From: Balanoglossus misakiensis
Taxonomy: Eukaryota > Animalia > Hemichordata
Assembly: GCA_040954595.2 (NCBI GenBank)
Contig: CM082582.2
Location: 11,213,483 to 11,277,482 of the forward strand
Direction of reading: 5' to 3'
DNA length: 64,000 bases
Shown here piece by piece: positions 1 to 20,177 of the stretch (position 1 is its first letter; each line of letters begins with the position of its first letter). The position numbers were made by a program, and so were the translations under genes. The notes under the pieces were generated by a model that was not told the origin of the DNA, made no database searches, and was given only the letters and a program-made list of their open reading frames with translations.

Positions 1-113
1 CTATGGTAGAAATGACTCATCTATGGAAAGATCGCACCTTTCCATACGGCAAATCCGGTAGCTAATTTCACATATAGAAGACCGTGTAACTTTAACACCA
101 ACTTTCGTTACAG

Positions 114-2879
114 CTGGTGATCCCTGCAATCCCAATCCGTGTAACAGTGGAACATGCTCTGCGTCAAGCGATCCTTCCAAAGCCACCAGATTCGTGTGTC
201 ATTGCCCTCTGTGCCATAGTGGCGACACCTGCGAAATAAGTATGTAAATATTCAATCTTATGAATAGTTTCGAAGAGTTCCTCTCATTTTATTTCAAATA
301 TTGTAACACATTCTTTCAGATATATTTGCTAATTCCTCGAGAGATAATGTGTTATCCTCAGAATATTTTAATTTTCTTCTGCGACTAACACACTCAAATA
401 CGTCACCAAGTAGGGATACCTTGGTGATTTGTGTAAGTGACGGGGTATAGGAGTTCGAGGCGTCCATTTATCAGTGTATTTTGCTTTCCTCCCTTGAGGC
501 ACAGATCCATGCGACTGCTCTCCGTGTGGGAACGGTGCGACATGTATTCCTACAGCTGACTGCAACAGTCTAGACTGTATGTGTACAAGATGTTACACGG
601 GAAGGAATTGCCTTGTCGAAAGTAAGTTCCATTAATTAAATTTCGGTGAATCTTCTCATATAAGAGGAATTACAATCTGACGAGTCAATATATGTTAATT
701 TATTGACGCAATCTGCGAGGTTGAGAACTAAACATGACACTCGTACATGTTTTCAAAGTGTAGATACCTCAGAAGGGATAATAAATAAATATTGTTATTG
801 TTAATAATAATAGTAATAATAAAATAAAGAATTATATAAAATAATAATGTTAATAATAATAACAATAACAACAACAACAATAATAATAAAGCAATAATAA
901 TAATAGCGGTTCAAATGAGTATATAACATAGTGGTGCTTTGATATACACCGTACTAAATATTTTGAAGTAACTGTATATTCTATTCATTTATTTTTTGTT
1001 TATACTTCTACAATTACCGTTTGTCCATAACTATAGTGCCAACGGATCTATGCTCATCAAACCCCTGCGAGAATAATGGCATTTGTATAGAGAATAGTTG
1101 CGACTTTACGTGTAACTGTGCTACTGGTTGGACAGGAACACATTGTGAAACTGTGTGTAAGTGATTAATGACATGTAGAGGATTAGTAACATCTAACCTC
1201 GATTGCTAAAAAAGTTATTGCTGATTTGATTATTTAAAAGAATTTATGCTTTATTTCATGCTCGTTCAGCATAACAATTTTCCACTATATTTTGCATGGT
1301 GTTCAAATTGTCGTAAATGTGTTCGGACTATGTCAATTAAGATGTATCGTCAAAAGGCGTTTTACCAACCATGAAAAACTTATTGTCCATTTAAGTCTGG
1401 TGAAACAGTCAGCGACACTCACTCACATTTGCTAAATTTTGTTTAATCAATGTCGGTTACTCCATTACAGTTGACCCCTGTAATCCCAACCCATGTGGCA
1501 ACGGTGGAGCATGTACCACGTCAGACGATTCCTCTTCTACTGCTGGGTACGTGTGTCAATGCCCTCAGTGTTACAGTGGAAACAACTGTGAAATTAGTCG
1601 TAAGTGTGTATTTTTACAAGAGCTAAAAGGAGTTACTTAAAATATAATAAACTCTATAGATGTGTTCACTTATTATGACAGACAGACAAGCAGGCAGACA
1701 GATATGTAGATAGGTAGATAGATAGATAGATACAATTTCGACCAAGTCATTCATCTATCATTTATGTTTGTTTTCCCACCATCAGATATAAATCTGTGCG
1801 GGTGCAATATGTGTCTTCATGACGGGATATGTCTTCCCACACACGACTGTACGGACTATGTCTGCTTGTGCAAAAGCTGTTATACGGGAAAGGATTGCCA
1901 AACAAGTGAGATCCTTTACAATTCATCATCGAATCTTCTCATGATAACGTTAATTATAATCTAACATGTCAGGTCCCAAACAAAATACTTCAATGCCGCT
2001 TACAAATCCTTTAAGCTTGAGCGTTTGGGTGACTCGCACCTGCTGATGGAGGAAATGTCTAGTAATTTCACAAGGGCATTGATATTATGCTCAAGTTCAA
2101 GATGTATTATATTAATTGCAGCCCTGCTTATCCCGGATCCATGTTCCCTAAACCCATGCCAGTACAACGGAACCTGTCAGGCAGGCCTGTGCACTGATTA
2201 TACCTGCCATTGTGACTTGTGCCATTATGGAACTGACTGCGAGAGTAAGTCTGACAAAATGCGTCTAAATCTAAAACAGCAAACATTGACGGTGTTGGTA
2301 ATTACATCTTGCACATACTTTGAATACATCGAGGTAACTAGTGCCAAATAAACCATGAATTACTACATATGGCAATGACTTGATCTATGCAATTTGTGTT
2401 TGTCTTCCCCACGTTTCCCATGACTAGTGAGTTTACAACTGGACCCATGTGATTCAAACCCCTGTATGAACGGTGGCAGTTGTCTGAAGGTCAGTTGTGT
2501 CGAGTTTCAGTGCAGCTGTGCGGAGGGTTGGACAGGATCTCGCTGTGAAACATCTGGTAAGTGATTCACATACATGTACAAGACATTGAGCAATTTTTAT
2601 CGCGAGCAGTTTGTATACAGAACTATCAGTGAAATGGCGCATGAAAGGAATTTTATTGATTTAACATCAGGTTATCTCCTTATATGCGATTTTTGATCAG
2701 TTGGTGTTGTTGGAAATACATTTGTATACAGAAAGGTCTAAACCCCAAAACTGGCCATAAGTAACCTTAATTGATATTTCTGTAAATATGTTTTATCAGC
2801 ACAGGGCAAGAAGAAGCGAGGAGCTGACAGAAACAAAGTCGACAAAAGACCTTATTACCAAGTTCCAGGAAACGATTAG
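114..2879 (+). CDS. Tandem EGF-like repeat protein, 3' portion (5' end outside window); one EGF module per exon
   Basis: Seven phase-1 GT-AG exons each encode one EGF module: 114-239, 505-621, 1037-1156, 1471-1599, 1786-1905, 2122-2244, 2428-2556 (e.g. DPCNPNPCGNGGAC...VCQCPQCYSGNNCE). The probable last exon 2800-2879 reads AQGKKKRGADRNKVDKRPYYQVPGND*. AATAAA at 3182-3187. Confidence 0.85.
800..905. repeat. (AAT/AAC)n low-complexity microsatellite in an intron
   Basis: Imperfect runs of aataataat and aacaacaac are directly visible. Confidence 0.8.
1677..1732. repeat. (GACA/GATA)n tetranucleotide microsatellite
   Basis: gacagacagaca...gatagatagatagata is directly visible. Confidence 0.8.
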
Positions 2880-3879
2880 TGTAAGGTACTCTTGATGCAC
2901 CCATCGACGGCCAGAATATCGCAACAATCTAATTGAGATTATGAGTGATATAAATTAGTAGTAATTTTTGGGTGGTGGTTTTAAATCAGCAAATCGTTTC
3001 CATTTGAAGACTATTATAAAGTAGCGATCAGTGTCATTCCTAACACGATCGAGTGGATACAGTATGTTTAATCGCCAAGGTTATATATTTTCTGACGTCT
3101 GTTCGGGTTAAAAGATCAAAATTGTCCTTTCTTGTTAAACGCTGTTATCGTGAGTATGGCCTAAGCAATCTATAGAATGCAAATAAAAGAATCGCATAAC
3201 TTTGTCTGTGTATATAGCTGGATGTTGGTGCGCATGTCTGGTCGTCGCAGGTGCGCAGAGGCAATATTCACGTCGTTGACCACAGGTTTTCATGTGGTCG
3301 TCCACAAACGTCAAATTCTACACAGGCCAGTGAAAAGCTTAAAAAAATAAGACCTTAATGCGAATCACTTTTCACATTCGTTTATTTTCGTGTTTGAATA
3401 CAAAAGACAAGGAAACAAGAAGTTTTGCCGCATCACACCAAATTGTAATTTTGTCTACCCAAACTCATTCAACATAAAGTACAGGAGCGAAATATACAGA
3501 AAAATGCAGGATAGTATTTAAATTTAGCAATAAGTTAAGACTTTTAAATAAAGCTGCCGGTATGTACAGTGATGTCGGACAATCTCGTCCGTATTGCACC
3601 TTTGGTAAACATTCGCCCGGTCTCCCCACACTAAGGCAGTCGCTTACTAACTCTACTCGTATAAAAAAAACTCGGCTACCTACAATAGGAATTTTGAAAA
3701 GTTGCGAAATGCAGACTTTTTCGTCTGCCTGACCACGCGTCCCCCTCAGGCCGACGGTGTGCGTGTGTCTTTAAACATATGTGCTACCCCAACGCCAACA
3801 AACCGATAGTTGCATTGATCTGTGGAGGGGACTGTGGCGTGAAAAAGTGAAAGCGCAGAGTTCGTGGCCGACGATGGAG

Positions 3880-9756
<5,877 letters not shown>

Positions 9757-10041
9757 ATTTCTATTTCACTTCCGGGATTGTTTAGTTGTTTGTCGTGTCT
9801 TTTCTCCAGCCTGATCAAGGTAATCGTAAATCGGTCACGGTAGTACGTCGACCTCTCTATATGTTAAATTGATGTGACCCGCCCTACCTAAACGTATCTG
9901 ATCTTACAAGCAAGAAAAATTAAATTGAACCCCCCAGCCGTGCATACATATATACGATGCCAGAACGTCTTTTCGCAAGAACGTACGCCACTTGGTTTTA
10001 CGACACTGAGGACAGGCACGGTTCTACTTTTTGACGGCTTG
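9757..10041. promoter_or_regulatory. Bidirectional promoter between ITFG1 and PHKB
   Basis: Only 285 nt separate the divergent ATGs. Contains an ETS-type ACTTCCGG at 9768-9775 and a GC-box-like CCCGCCC at ~9878-9884. Confidence 0.7.
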
Positions 10042-13000
10042 ATGACAGGCATCGGAGGAACTTTTGGCTTTGAGAGAGTGTGGGATGATAAGATGGAAGA
10101 ACAAGAGAGAGAAAAACACAAGAAAGTGGCGGATAAACTAGATCATTACTACAAGATAGGTTTGTGTAGTTATTCGCAATTGTTTTGAAGCGTTGTTTTG
10201 ATGTTCATAGTGCTGTATTGAAAAATTATCGACGAGCGAGCGATACGAGTACGTACGACTTTACTCGGGGAACGCGAACGTACTGCGTCGTCGTATTTGT
10301 TCGACACTGTCATTTCGTATCGCAAAATAAACGAAATCTGCCAAATTCTGCCGAAAAAAAAATTATACACCGACACACATCGTTGTTCCTAGCATATCGA
10401 GTAATAGTACTTTGGACATTTAAACAATTAGTAACCATGGTAACCGTAAATGACCAAAGCAAGCAGCTTTGTAATAGACATGATAGAGACACGTCCGCCA
10501 GTGCGATACATATCCGCCAGTACGATATGTGTATCAAATGAAGAATCTCGCGTTTTGAGAGGCGGGTTAGCGTTTTATGTGTTCACACACTGATCACCAG
10601 GGTTGCCCGGTATCACATAGCCTGTACAGTTAGAAGATACCGTGCTGTATGTAGGGCTAATCTCCTGCAGTGACCGTTATGTGTTGTGTTACTGTAGTTG
10701 ACCTTGTCACGGATCGATTGCACCCATTTGTTCATATGTCTATTCAGTTAGTGCTTGACACAAATAAGCAGTTTAGCTGCACAGTGATGTTAAATATTAG
10801 TTGCTACGAAATGGCTTTAGATTTGTTGCCTCAAGAGACTTAGAGTGTAGCATGATGATTTTGTTGAAAACACAACACAGCCAAACCTGAGAAATTTCTT
10901 GTGTGATCATTGTTATAGCAGGGGTAGAGTATGGAACCTAAATGGAGAGATTTATACCTTTTTGGCAGGCCCCCATAACCCCTAATAGAAGCTGTGTTCT
11001 TATTAAGTATTCATAATTTCATACTACGTTCAGTGACAGTTCTGTCATTCATACTACCGAAACACTGAAATGGGATACTCAGTTCACACATAATATTTCT
11101 GAGTGTTCTGAGTAGGCTGAAGGGGCTAACCGCTTACATTTATTAAATATTCCTTGTTTACTGCAGTCTCAGTAATGTATGCTGCTGATGTTGACCTGTC
11201 AGTGAACTCTTTTCCTGTTTTCCAGTCTTGATGTGTTTTTATTATGGGCACCATCATTACAAATGGCATCAAATCTCCGCAAAGCATTGAAATGACACAT
11301 AAATTATGCCTCATTTGCATGTAACTGGAACTCGGTCAGGTATGAATTATTCAGTGCTGCAGATCGATGCCTGTTCAATAGATGCCTGTTCAATAGATTC
11401 CAAGGCTTGCATCTCCTGAGCTAACAATTGATTTCTTTCGCTCACTTTGCTTTATTATGTCTAATCGCATCGTAATAGCCATATTTGTCAATCTCCACTG
11501 TTTTGTTAAAATATTACCTCACAATGATGCAAAGATGAGAAAAATTATTCTTTAGGTCTGTGAGAATCATAAGAATGCTGTAAAAGATATAATGGACGTT
11601 TTCTTATTCAATTAGTCACCATGACGACCGCTGCAAAAAATGCAGACAGCGAGTGTAAAGGAGCACGTAATCTAAGTGGTTGGATGTATAACAGGTCAGG
11701 CAGAGGTTATCAAAGTCTCGTGTAAAATTAGATCACAGCCGGTTAAAAGTCACAGTTGTACGTCATTGCAAATCAGAGGGAATTCAAGAAAGGCCTGATC
11801 GGAATTGTAGATAAGAGTAAAGACAGCCTGCTGTTATGAAAAAAATATCATAAAACATTAAACTCATAAATATGGGATTATGGGAAAGTAGCTAGTGGTA
11901 GACAAACGTTTTGGTGTATTTTATAGTTACATCTGTATGTAGATTTGAGATATACTTATTTTTCCATTATCTTTTTTACAGTAAAGAATCAGATTCTATG
12001 TTACCAAGGATCAGTTACTGGATTATTTCCATTGGACACAGATGGCAAAACCAATGATTCTCACGTACGAGAGAGTGTGTACTGTGCAGTGGCAGTCTGG
12101 TCATTAGCATTAGCATACAGGTAAAATCCCATCATGGTCTAGCTGTCAGGCAGTTAAAAATATGAATAAGATATGTATCATATTCATCAGTGGTTGTGAG
12201 CACTTCTATTGTACAGTACACGTATGCATTTATGTCGTGATAGCAGCACATGCCATATCCAGAGAGGGTATCGCCCTGATTGATGTATGTGTGTATCTAA
12301 TCTCATTTCACAGACGTATTGACAATGACCTTGGGAGGACATACGAGCTTGAACAGTCGGCTGTGAAATGCATGAGAGGAATTCTGTTCTGTTACATGAG
12401 ACAAGCAGGAAAGGTTTGTACCAACTGGAGACCAGATATGCAGATTACATCAGGCATGAATGACCTCAGGAACTCTGCTGTGTTTGAACTTTGATCTTGC
12501 CTGTACTGTACTGTAACTTGTCAGTGTTTTCTTTATGTATTTCTCCAGTGGGTACTATGTCATTGATGATGACTGTTTCATTTCCTTCCAGGTGGAGAAG
12601 TTCAAGATCGAACAGTCGGCCCACAATGCTTTGCACTCCAGATTTCAACTGGACGGTCGGTTCATTCAAGATCCGCATTTTGAGCATCTGCAAATTGATG
12701 CAATCGCGTTATATTTACTCTACTTGGCTCAGATGATCCAGTCTGGACTTCAGGTATGAATAAAGAAAATCTGCCACTTTTCCACGACTTGCTCAGTCTC
12801 TGGGAATATGTAAATTGGGTTTCTCTTTTCTTGAACTGTAGGTGATTTACACGATGGATGAAGTGAACTTCATTCAGAACCTTGTGTACTACTTAGAACG
12901 TGCCTACAGAACACCTGACTACGGCATGTGGGAACGGGGCAGCAAATACAACAATGGTACTGTGGAACTTCACGCCAGGTGAGTCCTCATCAGTGGTGCA

Positions 13001-16000
13001 TAGTCGCATAGGACAAGGTTGTGGTTGTGGTAAGAATTTAGAAGAGAGGGAATCGGAAATAATCTAATGCTGAACCTTTTGTCACACTGGTATAATAGTG
13101 AAACGTTAATGAAGAATATTAAATTAAATTAAAGCCTGGTGTCTTGATTTCTCAGCTCAATAGGTATGGCCAAGGCAGCACTGGAGGTCATGAGTGGCTT
13201 TAATTTGTTTGGTGAACACGGCGCTGCCTGGTCGAAGGTCTATGTGGACATAGATGCTCACAACAGAAACCGAACAACTCTAGAAACCCTGCTGCCCAGA
13301 GAAAGTAGTTCCAAGGTAAGGCACACTTCAGCTTGTCAGAATCTTCTGGCGAATATGCCTGTAATTCTGTGAGTTTTTGAATGAACCATGGTGGTGAAAG
13401 GGAGCAAAGAAATATCAATACATGAACATTTTTGTGGTATTTTCTGAATGTAGAACACAGACTCTTCCCTGATACCCACCTTGAGTTTCCCAGCATTTGC
13501 ACTGAATGTGCAGGAACTGAAAGACAGAACACTGGACAAAGTCATCAGAAAACTAAAAGGGAAGTACGGCTTCAAGAGATGTCTGCGAGATGGCTATGGC
13601 ACAGTACTGGAGGAGAGAAACAGAAAACACTACAAACCGGCCGAAATCAAGGTAGGCAGCTGTCAATGTGAAGAGCCCATGTAGGTGCGAACTTTGACCT
13701 CATGTGACCTCTTGTACCGTACTTATATCCTCTCCTGACTCATACCTTGTTTCTTCTGTCACGCAGCTTTTCGACAAGGTGGAATCCGAGTGGCCCCTCT
13801 TCTTTGTGTACATGATCATTGACGGCGTTGCTAAGGACGACAAGGAGCAAGTGAAAGAGTATCAGGAGCTTCTGAGACCGCTGATGAAATACTCCTCGGA
13901 AGGTCCTGTACTACCCAAGTACTATTACGTTCCGAAGAATCACATCGGTCTGGAGAGAAACAATCCCGGGAGCCAAATCAGAGAACCCAGCGAAGAAATC
14001 TATGGCTCCAGATTATTTCTGTGGGGACAGGCTGTCTATTTCATATCATGTCTGCTAGGTTGGTACATGGAATATTACACCTCAAAAAAATAAATATGCA
14101 AAATACATTTTCACTTGTGCATTACCCAAATAATATACAATCAATTGTGTCCATCTGTGTGAAAGAGTTTGTGGGACATTGCACACATGTGTGCTGTGGC
14201 AGGTTTTTGCGTGTCCAGTCTTACATCCCATTCCGTTGGCCTATCTTCCAGTCGATGAACTGCTGAGTTTTCAAGAACTAGACCCCCTAGGAAGATGGCA
14301 GGGATTGGGGCTGGAGAAGCAGCAGAGAGGACGATACGCCACTTTCCAGGTAAAATTGTTTACCTTACCATACCATACAGTCTACTGTACTGTACACTAC
14401 ACTACACCCTAGGTGCTGCATGCAAGGTACATCACTGCATTAGCACATTGTCAACTTTCCAAAATCTGCTGTTTTTTACAGAAACCACCGCAAGATCTGT
14501 GCATTCAAGTGACACTTGTAGCAGAGTCCACACGTCTGCAGTCAACCCTGGCCACTTACGGCATCCTCTCTCAAACACCTGCACAGATTGAACCCTATGA
14601 AATATGGCCGCCGTCTGAACTAGTCAAGGTAGGTGAAATGTTGATGACTTCATATGTTTCTTGAAATTTTAATTTGTGCAGAATGGTTTTGGTTTTCAGT
14701 GGCATCGACATGTCTTCTGCAAAATAACAGTAGTGGTGATATTAATTTGTCTCACTTGGCTCTTTTTGTCAGGCATTTGAAAATCTCGGAGTAAATAAAA
14801 AGCTTGGTCTCTCTGGCCGGCCTCCCAGACCCATCGGAAGTCTTGGCACCAGCAAACTGTACCGTATTCTTGGCAGGACTGTTCTCTGTTATCCGATAGT
14901 GTTTGATTTGACTGACTTCTACATGGCACAGGATATGTCTTTGCTCATCGATGACATCAAGGTGGGTTCAGCTCTTATACTTGTTACACTTTACTTGAGT
15001 TTCTGTTCTTTGATTGAGAACTTCTCTTTGAAGTTTAGTGCACATGGTTAATTTTTGTTTCTCTGTTGGATTGCCAGGCTCACATCGCTTTCATCCGAAA
15101 TGCATGGACTCTGCATGGCCGCCCGACATTCTGTGTGATCATCAGAGAAGAGCATATCAGGTGTGTAAAGGTGGTGAAAAGTTTCGCACTCGAGTTCTTG
15201 CTATAAAACTGTTGTGGGACTGACAGTGCCGGTCATATTTCCATATTGTGATCAGTGGATGATTCACAAGGGCAGAATCAGAGAGATATTCAAAAATTTT
15301 ATTTTTACCCCATCTTTCCATGCAGTGGAAGTGGCCAGTCAGAAATGTTGAACTTGCTGGCCAGCTTCAGGAGAGGGTCAGTCAGAGGAATCAAAGTGAA
15401 GATGGGGAGGTTGCAGACGATGATTGACACGGCCATTGTGGAACATCTGGAGTTCATCGGCATGGACGACATCAGAGGGTGAGTTGGCGTGGGAAGAGTT
15501 GTATTTCTAAGCCATGTTCAGTGCACTAGGTTTCACACATGTACAATACTTTTCTTCTCTCCTGACGTGATTCAAAATGGTTGTCTGGAGTCCAGGGATT
15601 TGCAAATAACAAGTAGGGAATGTGTTATCAATGGTGACATGCTTTATTTATTCATTTTCTGCAGGGCTTCATTGGATCTGTTCAGACGTCTGGAGGAATT
15701 GAATGTTGGACATGCACCTCTGAGAGCCATGCGCTCTGAAAGCATAGCACAGGGCTCGTATGTACCAGAGAAGCAGGAATACAATATACAGGTACCGTGT
15801 CATGCAATGTATTGTATCTGACATCAGGTTTTTTCCTCTGAGGCAGGAGACTTTGATTTCAGTAATTATTTTGTGGTATCCAGACTGCATTTCATAAGTG
15901 AAGTTACTACAACTGAAATGAGCCAATACGCACATAGAATTTTTGTCAGATTCGAGAATTACTCTTGCCTCATATGATTTCGTCACACACACCTTCATTT

Positions 16001-18830
16001 CTTTTTTCCCCATCCTCTTTTCTCTTCACACCTGCTACGACCTTTCTTTGACCTCCAATTACTATCACCGCTACCTCATCCTTGGTGAGTGTAAAACCTC
16101 ACTGCATAAGTATGCAATCACTGAGTGCCAGCTGTTCCATTTTCTTTCATGCGGTTTGTGCTGTTGTCATTGGATTTTTGTTTCTTACTTCTTTACTCAA
16201 CAATCACTGTGTTATAATCTTGCGAAGCAGGTAGATCATTAATACTCTAACAATTGTCGTCTAGTCACTTTACATCATTTTCACACTTTATTTCAAACTC
16301 TGCACTGCCTTGGCATGTCATTCATTTCAAATGTCGACTAAATGGAAATATATTGTAGCTAGTTTTGTGATTAAAACAACCTAAAATCAGTGAACAAACT
16401 GTTTTATCTTGATGTGACACAATGAAAATGTCATCTAAATAATTTTGCCTTTAAGTGCACTTGTGTGAGGGTTGGAGTTAGAGTCAATGTGAAAACTGGG
16501 GAGAAAGAATTTCAGCAGAGATGGAACGTATCCGTCTTGCTGAAAACTGAAATTGTCATTTGCCATGGAATTGTGTATGTTTTGCTGAGTTTTAGACTAA
16601 AGTTATGTATGGTTTGTGCCTTTACTGATTGTGGCATTGATTTTTGCTGTGAATGCATTTTGTAATCAAATTGGTTCACATTTTCCACATTATTTGAGGA
16701 TTCCTTTCGTGATTTCAGGAATTCGAGAACAAACCATCATGGGAGATCGTGCAGAAGATCAAACAACATGAGAGTCTGCGATGGCAAAGTATGCTGTTAG
16801 CTTTGCTGTTAAGGAGAGAAGGACCGCATTATCTGACAGATGGAGGTGAGAGAGGATGTTTTACATGGAGAATTGCCTTTGATTTGAATTAGCAGCCATT
16901 TTTGACTTTGTGCCGAAAAGCCGGAACACTGGACACCAAAAGAGTCACTGTTATTGGGCTTCTTACCGAAGCTGGAATAAAGATGGAAACTGTTGAGCCA
17001 ATTAACAAGCATCTCCTGGTTTCTTCTCAAAAATTAAAAGATCTCTAATATTTCTGCAGGTACTGTGAAGGATAGGCTTGAGAAGTTGTACTCCAGGGCT
17101 GGTCACCTCAAGCAGTGGTCAACAGTGCGCTTCTGTGCCAGTCTTTTGCACAAAGTTGTGGACAGTCTTGCACCCGGTGTCACCACTATGCTGGTCAAAG
17201 GAAAACTGGTAAGATATCCAACCTTATCATAGAAAACAATGGGTTTGGACTGAACCGTGTTTGTGAAAGGGTAAATAACCAACAACTCTCCCATTTCCCA
17301 GGTGACCATAGGAACGTTCGGCCATGAGGAGGAGATCATATCAACCCCTTTGACCCCCAAGGAGCTGGTGGATATTATGTACTCTAAGTGTTCTCCGTAC
17401 GACATGAGAGAGTGTGTAATGCAACAGGAGTTGATCATTGACCTGGCCAAACTCATGCACACCAGCCCCAGGCTCTTTGATGGAATGCTGAAGATCAGAG
17501 TCGGGTATGATGTCATTTGTATCACTCTTTAGCACATACAAAATATACATTTTCAGATTATACAGGGTTACTGTATGGGTTTTCTTTGCCTTCTCTCAAA
17601 TTGTGTATTTTTCTTCCATTTTCTAATTTTTGACTACAGGTGGATTATTCATGCCATGAAGCAAGAATTGAAGTTTGGAAATCCAGATTCATCGGTAAGC
17701 ACCAAAGATATAATCCTGTCACCCCCATGTCCCCAGTATAAGGGTCCGGCTGTGCCATGAAAAGCAATGGGGATGATAAATCCGTCATTTTCTGTCTCTC
17801 TCACAGCTTACAGTGCACGATCTGTCGCCAACCCAAGTGAAAGACTTACTGGACAGCGTACTGAGTTCCAACACCACCACAAACGATCCGTACTGTGACA
17901 GGACCCACCTGCAGAATCGTCAGATGGACGGAGCTCTGAACAGAAACCCAACGGGATTCTATGATAAAGGTAAGCAGGCGCCCAAGTTGTGTACTTGACT
18001 ATGATATTTTATGCAACTTTTATTCCGTATTGGGATCTTTTTAGTAACACAGTGCTTGTTTCTGCCGTGCAGTGTGGGAGATCTTGGAGAGGACGAAAGA
18101 AGGCATGGTGATCTCGGGCTATTACCTTCCTCAACAGCCAACCCTGTCGGACATGACGAAAAACGAACTGAACTTCGCCAAGAAGGTGGAAGATATGCTA
18201 GGGAGGATTTCACACCCCGAGTACAGACAAATCATGGTTGAGGTAAATTTCAAAGACTTCTCACCATTAGACAAGGATATTTGCTTTCCTGAAATATTGA
18301 TGCAACCACAGTCTTTTTAGTTATGATTTAACAAAAATCTGTGCATTCATGTTTGGTTTCTGGTGAGACCATTTGATGTCATGCAAATATTACCTCTGTT
18401 TTATTGTCTCTTGCTCCTGTTGTAGTTACTGGTAGTGGTGGCGACTATTCTACAAAGAAATCCAGAATTGGTGTTTCATGAGTGTGTGGACATGGACATA
18501 GTAAGTAACCTGTTGTCAAGTGTTATAGACATATTTTAAATGTAATTCTTTCTTTGACTACTGCATTGCTTTTGTTTACATGAAAAAAAAGAAAACGCAA
18601 CAACATAATTGTTTTTCTCGTTACAGTTGCTTCATGAAGCATTTGAAGACTTCCAGGTAGACAGGAGTAGATTCGAACAGCAAGAGAAACAGGACAACAT
18701 GCAGGATTTCTTCATGGCGCCACCGTACACAAAGCGTGGCACGGCCAGCTACATGGCTAAAGCTGTCTTTCACAAACTGCTGGAAGGCGACGTGCAGGTG
18801 GATTCCTCGGACGCGTGTGCCGTGATGTGA
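10042..18830 (+). CDS. PHKB: Phosphorylase b kinase regulatory subunit beta, multi-exon
   Basis: Motifs [82 protein letters not shown] and [17 protein letters not shown]-terminal CaaX motif CAVM*. The start codon at 10042 is inferred. Confidence 0.95.
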
Positions 18831-20177
18831 ATGCAGTCAAGGATGTGTAGAATTGGGCAGCTGTTTTTAAGCTGCATGGCTCGTAAAAAAGAAATCTCGA
18901 ACAAGGGTGCTATCTTGAGACAAAACCCCTGACAAACAAAGAAAGTCTTCTGGTGCTTTTTTGTTGCATTAAGAGCTATTCCCCCAGACACATCCCACCT
19001 ACTAGGTAGGGTTAGATTCAGGATGACGGTAGATGGAGATAGAGTTGACTGACTACAAGATTTTGTATTTTTCATTGCATCCGTTTATTTATGGACAAGA
19101 GTCATCTATGGTGACAATATTGTCTTTTGCATTGTGTGAAAATGATTTTTATAATGTCAATAATCAGTGCTTTTGATCGTGGTGAACTTCTTTTACATAT
19201 AATAATGTTAAGACAAGTGCAAGTGACTGGCACCTGAACACATTGTCCTATACACATGTACTGTACGCCTTCTAATTTACGACCACAGAGGGCGCCGTAC
19301 TTGGGTGCACATGTACAAGTTGTTTCAACAAACCGAATATTAGTGTGTCAACCACATGCAGAGCAATAATACTAAATTCTCAAAAATTCTGGCTACTGTC
19401 TCTTTGTAAATATGCTGTACCGGTAAGTTATATTTGTGAGTCTTGCCAAGCAAGCATTACTAGTACTACTCACTATGTAAAATTTGTGAATGTGGAAAAA
19501 TAAATTTCATGTTTGAAACAAAAGTGACACTGACCTGTACTCATGTTATCATTAAAATGATGCATACATTCGTATAGTATTATAACAATTACCAGTAATA
19601 TACATATACCACAATTGAAATGTATAATGTGTTCATATGGATGGAAGTGCATAACCTCCACCAAAGATACATTAATTTTTCAAAGATTGAATCACTTGGC
19701 AAGTGCACTTTCACTAACGAAATGAGCTTGGACGCACAAGCATGTTTGTAAGTGCCACCTGGCCAGTGGACAGAGCAAACCAATCACAAGACGTGCAACA
19801 CAATTTTCACACCAGGTGTGCCTACTGTGGGTTATATAAGATGCATGCATGCCGTCTCTCAACGACAGAGCATTTTGGCAGCAAGCAGCTCAGCACAGCT
19901 CAGATGATTTCGATCATGGATCCTTTGCCAATTTTACACAGGAAGGTTTTGTATCAGAATTTCGCTGGTAAGTAGAGTGTTAATTACCCAGTCCAATACG
20001 CCATGCCATTGCCATGCATGCTAGTGATAACACCACGCTATATCTATTTCAGTTAGCATTTATTTCGGTCTCGAAAATTCTGCAAGATTGTGAAAAATGT
20101 GCCCATTCACACGCAGACATTCAGGAAACTTCATTCTAGGATATAAAAATGTACAAATGTCAATGCATTCTGTTTCA

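Noticed and set aside
10852-10910. ATGATGA...CTGA...GTGATCA in PHKB intron 1 as a C/D snoRNA
   Set aside because: There is no terminal box D or closing stem at a suitable distance, and no second copy.
15949-16084. Possible cassette exon in a long PHKB intron (ag...|GTGAGT)
   Set aside because: It is pyrimidine-rich, has an in-frame stop and shows no PHKB similarity, so it cannot be supported without transcripts.
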